DNA from: a virus
Taxonomy: Duplodnaviria > Caudoviricetes
Strand: one strand, 5' to 3'
Length of the DNA: 64,000 bases
Virus record (IMG/VR): IMGVR_UViG_3300036770_001877
Span: 252-64,251 of that record
Position 1 is the stretch's first letter; the number at the start of each line of letters is the position of its first letter. The position numbers were made by a program, and so were the translations under genes. The notes beneath the pieces are model-generated. The model saw nothing but the letters and a program-made list of their open reading frames with translations, was not told the DNA's origin and searched no databases. Shown in pieces: positions 58,316 through 64,000 of this stretch.

Positions 58316-58418
58316 TGGACTCCCCCTCTATACACTCGAAGCAGACTTCTACCTGCTTGTTGTTTTCTTTTACCGATACTGTCTGAACACCATAACTAGA
58401 GCAGAAATCACATATCAT
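58293..58418 (-). CDS. 41-aa zinc-finger protein (not in ORF track)
   Basis: TAATG-coupled; MICDFC...VCFEC... Confidence 0.65.
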   Translation of the reverse strand: MICDFCSSYGVQTVSVKENNKQVEVCFECIEGESNAEMPRV

Positions 58419-58579
58419 TAGTAATCCCACACTTCATTGTCGTTGTCATTGTTTTCGGATAGGAAAAAGTCGGTCATACACTTTGGACAATTTCCGTTTG
58501 TTGTGATAGTGACGGGCGATAAGCACCCGTCACACCACATTTCACTATTATCGCGCTTGCGTTTTGCCATACGCGCCAT
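58418..58579 (-). CDS. ~50-aa zinc-ribbon protein (not in ORF track)
   Basis: ...WCDGC...NCPKC... Confidence 0.65.
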   Translation of the reverse strand: MARMAKRKRDNSEMWCDGCLSPVTITTNGNCPKCMTDFFLSENNDNDNEVWDY

Positions 58580-58588
58580 AATAGTTAC

Positions 58589-60562
58589 TCACAAGTAACT
58601 TAGCAACCTTTGGCGAACAATATCTTTGGCGACCATTATCAACGCAGAAGGCTCGGCAATAGCGCGGAATATATCCGCACCATGCGCTAACTTGGCAGGG
58701 TCAGAGTAGTGCTCGATACTTCCGAGATACACGACCGCAACAAGACAACCTTGTTCTTTCATGCGTGCGATTATGTTGTCGTTCTCATTACCCCACCATT
58801 GTCCGTCAGTAAGTATCACAACAAGTTTGGTAGGTCGTTGGCTTGCCAACATGACTCGCTCGGTTTCGATTAGACCATAGTGCGGGTCTGTTCCACCGCA
58901 GGAAGAAACGAATCTGTAATCAGTATCCGCTCGCTCCTCACCTGAATACAACAATTTTGATACATGGTTGAAAGTGACTACGGATACACGCCCGTCAATT
59001 TGTTCAATAGCGCGTTTTATCACCCACGCTGAACGGCATACCGAGTCAATATCCCTGCCCATTGAGCCCGAGTGGTCGAGTAGTAGCACCGCTTCAATTT
59101 CATGGTTGTCGTTGCCGATTTCCCACCTATCGAATAGTTTGCCTATGTCGTTCAGGTCAGAGTTCATGGCTCGCTTCATGTTGAGGCGACCACTTGGCTT
59201 CTCCCTGTTCCACGCGGGGTCTGCTTCAATGCGAAGTTGCTCTAGTTCTTGGGCGAACATGCGAGCGGTTGCTATGTCACCATGCGTGGGCGAACGCAGG
59301 TCACCTGTTTTGCGACCGAGAATTGACTTATTCGCATTTGATTTAGTAATAGATAATTGTGTTTCCCGAACCTTATTTAGTAATTCCTTATTTTGTTTGG
59401 CTTGGGTCACTTCCTCAGTAAGTTTGTCGAGTGCTTTTTGGTCGCGCTTTGCTTGTTCTGCCATAGGCGCGTTTGTTTCCTCATCACCCGAATTACCTGC
59501 CGAGTCACCAACACCTTTTAGTTTTTTATCATCAGGTTGTTGAGTGTCACTATCGAAGTCAGGGCACGCTTGGTCGTTATGTATGTCCATGCCCTCTTGT
59601 TGCTTCCCTGTTTCAGGTCGCCCGTTCTTTAGTGGTCGGCGACCACCACACCCGTTTGGAGTGTTGATATTAGGTGGCAGGTAGCGGTGGAGAGTTCTTA
59701 TCAGAAACTTTGCCTTCTCATAATCACGGGGAAAGACAAGGGTGCGGTAAGCGTTGATAGTGCGCCACACAATACGGGCTTGTGTTGCTCCATATTTACG
59801 GGCATACGCTCGACCTAGTTCTGTTCTAGTTTCGTATGAGAAATAACGGCGACCCGCTAACAAGATAAAGTTGTCAGAGAAATCGAGCCCGTCTGCTTGT
59901 TTGTCATTGAGTATGTAATCGCCGAGCGTTGCTATCAGGAAGTTGCGAGTAGTTGGAAACTTCTCGACAAGATAGGTTTCAGCGCGGTTGTCCTCTAATA
60001 TGTTGAAACTAACTTGATAGTCTTGTTCCATTACCCATTGACCGAGTTCAGTTCCTATGCGTGGGGAGTATAGGAGATGAGCGAGTTCATGGTAATTGAG
60101 CCCATGAATACCCATAATCGTATTATCGTCATTGTCTTTTATTATTTTTTCATTGAAAGATATGACTTTGCCGTCGTTCCATGCTGGAGCGTCTAAGTCA
60201 TTGTCCTCAGGCATACCGATACGGACTTCAATATCGAGCCCTGTGAGAATACTGTCGGCACGCTCATACACCGAAGCAATACTGTCTAGCAAGTTATTAC
60301 GGACTTGAAGTAGTTGTTGCTTTTCCTCACGGATAGTTTCGAGTTCGTTCTTGTAGTCCTCTTGTAGGTCGAAAAATCTTGCGTGGTTTTTCTCCATGAC
60401 TTCATCAGGAGTCATGCCACGCTTCTTACCTATCTCGGTAGCCTTGTCGAGGTTTAGGTCAATGACATACTCAGGGTCAGGGTTGTCGCGCATGAAGTCG
60501 TCGAAACTAATCCACTCATTATCGCTCAGTTCTGCTCTGAGGTTGCGGTTTATCTTTGGCAT
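58589..60562 (-). CDS. Metallopeptidase-like (HEXXH) + VWA domain protein (CobT-like)
   Basis: HELAH, 'N.LED.R.E'; MIDAS DHSGSM, GGT, ILTDG. Confidence 0.88.
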   Translation of the reverse strand: MPKINRNLRAELSDNEWISFDDFMRDNPDPEYVIDLNLDKATEIGKKRGMTPDEVMEKNHARFFDLQEDYKNELETIREEKQQLLQVRNNLLDSIASVYERADSILTGLDIEVRIGMPEDNDLDAPAWNDGKVISFNEKIIKDNDDNTIMGIHGLNYHELAHLLYSPRIGTELGQWVMEQDYQVSFNILEDNRAETYLVEKFPTTRNFLIATLGDYILNDKQADGLDFSDNFILLAGRRYFSYETRTELGRAYARKYGATQARIVWRTINAYRTLVFPRDYEKAKFLIRTLHRYLPPNINTPNGCGGRRPLKNGRPETGKQQEGMDIHNDQACPDFDSDTQQPDDKKLKGVGDSAGNSGDEETNAPMAEQAKRDQKALDKLTEEVTQAKQNKELLNKVRETQLSITKSNANKSILGRKTGDLRSPTHGDIATARMFAQELEQLRIEADPAWNREKPSGRLNMKRAMNSDLNDIGKLFDRWEIGNDNHEIEAVLLLDHSGSMGRDIDSVCRSAWVIKRAIEQIDGRVSVVTFNHVSKLLYSGEERADTDYRFVSSCGGTDPHYGLIETERVMLASQRPTKLVVILTDGQWWGNENDNIIARMKEQGCLVAVVYLGSIEHYSDPAKLAHGADIFRAIAEPSALIMVAKDIVRQRLLSYL

Positions 60563-61929
60563 TAGAGGCTCACCTCATCTACCTGCTTGGGTGCTACCGC
60601 GACTTCAATGCCTAGTTCCTTGCCGATATTGTGCTTGTAAGTGTCGAGCACTAGGGTCACCGCTTCACGCTCGGTGTCGTCAATGAAAGTGTTTGCGTAG
60701 CACTCGGTCGCGTAGTCGAGCCCGAGATTTTCTGTGTTCTTGATGAAATTGACGAGAGAGCGGGTCGAGATAGGGGTGTTGAGTTTGCCCTTTATCATCA
60801 GGTCACGGAGTTTGTCTGCCATTTCGAGCAACGCCTTGTTCTTGACAAGTTTGTTTTCAATGCTCGGGTCGTATGGGAAGTTGAGTTTGTGATGAAATCT
60901 ATCTACCCACGCTTGGTTCATTGGGCGAGTTCCGCGATAGTGCGGGTTCATGTCTGCGACTATCAGGAGTTCAGGGTGAGCCCTGATAACTTCACCGCCA
61001 TTTTCCATGATTTGTATTTCACGGCGGTCGTCAAGTAAGCCGAACAAGATAGTCGTGACACGCTCGGGCATGAAATTGACTTCGTTCAGTAGGAGCACGC
61101 CACCATTTCTAACAAGGTCTGTGACCGCGCCGTCTTGCCACCTAAAGTGTCCGTCAGGCGTTGGAATCCATGAGCCGAATAACTGTGTCGGTTCAAGTCC
61201 GATATGGCTTGAAACATTGTAGTAGCGGTGTCCTCTCGCGCTTGCGTAGGCGAGCACGCTCATTGTCTTACCGCTTCCCGCGTGACCCATAATCAAGATG
61301 TTTTCGTGATTACGCATGGCGTTGTCGTAGATGTCGAAGTCGAGTCGCCCTGCGATTTTGCGGTTGATGTAGGTCTGCGACCACTTTATTGCTGGAACGC
61401 TGGCTAGTTCCATATTTGTAAATACCGAAACGGGTTGGCGAGAGCCCACCTGCGCTGGCGTAGCGGAAAGAGAAACTTCCTGAGCGGGGATATTTATTTC
61501 AGGTTTGACCTGTAATGGAACAAGTCTAATAGGCGTAGTTCTGCGCCCGTCTTTGAGGTAATCGTTGAGGGTGTTGTCACCTGCGGTCAGGCGGTCTGTA
61601 AGACTTGATACGACAACCCTGTGTTGCTCGCCCTGCTCGATTTGGTCTGCTTGCTCGGTCGTCACTAGGAGTTTGACCCCGAGCGTTGTGATTTGCCCGT
61701 AAGACAAGGCTTCCGAGTCTTTGAGAGTGAGAGCGACCGCCGTAGGCGAGTGAGTGGTGCTGGTGAGTGGCAGGTCGTCTAGTTCGACCTGCTTCCATGC
61801 TTGACCGCGACCCCGAGAGCCTGTGCTGACTCGGTGGAAGTAACGGACTTCGTTATTGACGGGTGCGACAATAGTTTGTTCCTTCGCCCCGTTCGTATCG
61901 GTAGTTTCTACCAATAGCGCAATAGACAT
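60562..61929 (-). CDS. MoxR/CobS-like AAA+ ATPase
   Basis: GHAGSGKT, LLLNEVN, 'MNP.Y.GT...N.A..DRF', 'STR'; true start probably MSIALL at 61929 (SD AAAGG). Confidence 0.92.
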   Translation of the reverse strand: MSIALLVETTDTNGAKEQTIVAPVNNEVRYFHRVSTGSRGRGQAWKQVELDDLPLTSTTHSPTAVALTLKDSEALSYGQITTLGVKLLVTTEQADQIEQGEQHRVVVSSLTDRLTAGDNTLNDYLKDGRRTTPIRLVPLQVKPEINIPAQEVSLSATPAQVGSRQPVSVFTNMELASVPAIKWSQTYINRKIAGRLDFDIYDNAMRNHENILIMGHAGSGKTMSVLAYASARGHRYYNVSSHIGLEPTQLFGSWIPTPDGHFRWQDGAVTDLVRNGGVLLLNEVNFMPERVTTILFGLLDDRREIQIMENGGEVIRAHPELLIVADMNPHYRGTRPMNQAWVDRFHHKLNFPYDPSIENKLVKNKALLEMADKLRDLMIKGKLNTPISTRSLVNFIKNTENLGLDYATECYANTFIDDTEREAVTLVLDTYKHNIGKELGIEVAVAPKQVDEVSL

Positions 61930-61980
61930 AGTGAGCCTTTCAGTAATCACGCCGAGCCCTATTGCTGGCGTAGTGGGTCG

Positions 61981-62009
61981 AGTGTAATGCCATTTGTAAA
62001 ATATGTAAA
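61981..62009 (-). promoter_or_regulatory. Sigma70-type promoter TTTACA-N17-TACACT for the AAA/VWA operon
   Basis: Canonical spacing, ~50 nt upstream of ATG 61929. Confidence 0.6.
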
Positions 62010-62039
62010 TACGGCGTTCCACTATTTTTCGTGTCGTTT

Positions 62040-62630
62040 TTCGTGTCACCTGCTCGACCACCCACCGACAACCTTCGCACCGCCACCACCGCCACCTATA
62101 CAACCTGAACAACCTATGGACAATTTTACGCTGTTACAACGGCAGGGCAGGAGAGAGCCCGAGAGCCCTATTCGCCTAATTTATTTTCAGATTTCACCCA
62201 TATAACACTAATAAGAGAGAGCAATATACCGCTCGCTCGCACCGCCCTCTGGCGTGCGTTAGCACTCGCCTAGTGGGAGTGCTAGTAACTACGCTCGCCC
62301 TGCCCTTGCCGTAGGTCTGGCTATACCAACGGCTCGACAAGCCTGTCGTAGGCAGTAGCCCTGTTGGGCTCGCCAAGCCTGTCGAGCCGAGCAACTTCGT
62401 TGCCCGAAGCCCCGCGTGCCACAATGCCTGTGCCTCTGGCAGGTGACGAGCCCGCGCTCGCCTATATTGCTATTTCCCCAATATATGTTTCAGATTCAAC
62501 CTGTGACATATACATAGCCATATACGCACTCTCTCTGCTCTCTCTGCCCTGCGAGCCGAGCAAGCCTGTCTATCTCTCCCTCAGGAGTCGCTGACTCTCT
62601 CGTTGGGCTCTCTAACTCTCGGAACGAGAA
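62040..62630 (-). ncRNA. Candidate large structured non-coding RNA
   Basis: No credible ORF; nested inverted repeats; TTGACA promoter-like site at 62656-62661 pointing into it. Confidence 0.4.
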
Positions 62631-62691
62631 GCCTTTATCACAACGGCAGGCTCTCTGTCAAGCCCCAACGGGCTATTGTGAGGCAATTCAC

Positions 62692-62775
62692 TTGTTTGGG
62701 TTGGAAGCCCTAAGCCCTGAAGCGAAGCTTCATGCCATTTGCTAGGGCTGGGCTTAGGGCTTCCAACCCAAACAA
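62692..62775. repeat. Perfect 26-bp inverted repeat with a 32-nt spacer
   Basis: TTGTTTGGGTTGGAAGCCCTAAGCCC / GGGCTTAGGGCTTCCAACCCAAACAA. Confidence 0.95.
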
Positions 62776-62777
62776 AA

Positions 62778-62807
62778 CTGCCCTGAGCACGCAGGCACTC
62801 AGGGCAG
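62778..62807 (-). terminator. 10-bp hairpin, probable terminator for the 63862-62832 unit
   Basis: CTGCCCTGAG...CTCAGGGCAG followed by TTTTGTTT on the minus strand. Confidence 0.65.
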
Positions 62808-62831
62808 GTCTGTCTTAGCGGGAAGGGAGTG

Positions 62832-63092
62832 CTAAGAATCCAACAAAGGCTCGACAACCTTGTGCGGTCCTGAAGAAAGGCTTTCCAAGATGTCGTAAAA
62901 GGTTGAGGAAGGCTTTTCCTCTGTTGGAACAATCGAATCTACGCTTGTTTCGGCTCCATTTGTCAAGCCAATGTTGTCGTAGTCAATACCACTCATAGCC
63001 GTAGCGATAGCAACGGCGTGGTCGTAGTCATTTGCCTGAATGACTCCTTGCGCCTCGTAATGAATCGTGGCATACACCTGATAGAACGGCAT
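62832..63092 (-). CDS. Hypothetical protein
   Basis: TAATG-coupled to the upstream gene; SD GAGGGG. Confidence 0.6.
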   Translation of the reverse strand: MPFYQVYATIHYEAQGVIQANDYDHAVAIATAMSGIDYDNIGLTNGAETSVDSIVPTEEKPSSTFYDILESLSSGPHKVVEPLLDS

Positions 63093-63862
63093 TAGACTAA
63101 CCCCTCAATCGTGTCAGGAACAACAAGTTTGTTGTATTCAGCGCACCGATACGAAGCACGAACCTCATCATACTCCTCTAGAGTATTGGAACAAGCCCAG
63201 CAATCACCATACATTTCTATTTTCAGCGCATGGTCTATACGAATGTCATGCTCGTATGTTTGCTCGCCTGACTCCCAAAACACCTCTCCTGCGAAACAGT
63301 CGTTCTCGTCAATAAATCTACTGTGGAAGGACAATGTTGGGAACATCTCAGCAAGTTTGTCTATTGCTTGGATAGGTGGTGACCATGCTGTCGAGTAGGC
63401 ATACTTCAGTTTGCCTTCCTCAACCAGCAACTGTGCGCCGTCTATCTCCCACTTAGTGCCCCACTCACGAATGTTCCAATGATACCAATCCTGCTTTGTC
63501 TCAACTTCACGCTGAAACTGTGACAAGATGTCCTCACTCATGGGTGGCATGTTGCTAATAACGCCGTCTAACTTCTTTACGAACTCCTCAGGGCTTTCGG
63601 GCTGTTCTTGCTTAGCCTTTTCCACCCGAGCCTCGCGTTCAGCGAACTCCTCATCAGAGGTGAATCCGTGATAAGTAGCCAAGTCTGTCGGGCTCGCTAT
63701 GTTCCATAACAAGAAAGAGCCGACAATGGTGGCTTCGTTTATTTCATTTGTCATAAAGTCTTGGTGAAAGGTCTTGTAGGACTTTCCTACCATCTCTCTC
63801 AGTTTGTCAAGACTATCTTGGTCGCCTGTTATTGTTAGGCGGTTTTCAACCCAGTTGGGCAT
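63092..63862 (-). CDS. DUF1281 / YubB (Api92-like) ferredoxin-fold protein
   Basis: MPNW..N.L.I.G; 'WY.WNI..WGTKW'; 'TAWSPP'. Confidence 0.85.
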   Translation of the reverse strand: MPNWVENRLTITGDQDSLDKLREMVGKSYKTFHQDFMTNEINEATIVGSFLLWNIASPTDLATYHGFTSDEEFAEREARVEKAKQEQPESPEEFVKKLDGVISNMPPMSEDILSQFQREVETKQDWYHWNIREWGTKWEIDGAQLLVEEGKLKYAYSTAWSPPIQAIDKLAEMFPTLSFHSRFIDENDCFAGEVFWESGEQTYEHDIRIDHALKIEMYGDCWACSNTLEEYDEVRASYRCAEYNKLVVPDTIEGLV

Positions 63863-63903
63863 AGGTTCTCCTTCCCTATGTGGAGTGTGCTCTCCACGCG
63901 CTG

Positions 63904-63933
63904 ATTATCGTGGTAGCGGTGACTCTCTGTCAA
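63904..63933 (-). promoter_or_regulatory. Sigma70-type early promoter TTGACA-N18-GATAAT
   Basis: Upstream of SD AAGGAG and ATG 63862; TTGACAGAGAG is shared with the site at 62651-62661. Confidence 0.65.
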
Positions 63934-64000
63934 TACTTCGCAAGCATAAATCTCTATAACGATTTGATAACGATAGCAGGCTTGTTTGGGTTGGGCTTAG

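Noticed and set aside
61930-62112. ORF-track N-terminal extension of the AAA ATPase
   Set aside because: Implausible Trp/Arg-rich sequence that overlaps a good promoter; an SD precedes ATG 61929
62210-62470. tRNA or tmRNA in the multi-hairpin region
   Set aside because: No T-loop GTTCRA in a cloverleaf context, no acceptor stem with CCA, and no tag ORF recognised by eye
61987-62932. Short ORFs on both strands in the structured non-coding region
   Set aside because: No SD sequences, no recognisable motifs, composition driven by the inverted repeats
1-64000. Alternative genetic code or stop-codon reassignment
   Set aside because: Genes are full length in the standard code and TAA, TAG and TGA all serve as stops

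Overview
This is a 64-kb section of a lytic-looking myovirus (contractile-tail phage) genome. WhiB, a MSMEG_6728-family glycosylase, an actinophage-type RHH protein and several leaderless-style promoters point to an actinobacterial host (inference). Layout, in order: (1-13.6 kb) collagen-like and Gly-rich fibre genes, built partly from a duplicated 5-gene module, followed by a GT2-TPR glycosyltransferase; (15.2-16.4 kb) an operon of tiny, overlapping Lys-rich ORFs including a metallothionein-like Cys peptide, mostly missed by the ORF track; (16.6-31.1 kb) neck, sheath, tube, chaperone with a probable +1 frameshift, tape measure with M23 domain, and baseplate; (31.2-46.9 kb) replication and recombination genes (initiator with embedded iteron-like repeats, DnaC-like, DnaB, primase, SNF2, SSB, PolA, RecA, resolvases, Cas4-like, WhiB, SpoVS); (47-57 kb) small unknown genes, an NTase/HAD/TGT-like/DUF6378 cluster and a class II RNR; (57-64 kb, minus strand) an early-type region with MoxR AAA/VWA genes, mini zinc-finger genes and a ~900-bp heavily structured non-coding stretch, the whole region strongly depleted of several 4-bp palindromes. 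I saw no capsid, portal, terminase, integrase, tRNA or CRISPR array. All family calls come from motif recognition by eye, not from database searches.
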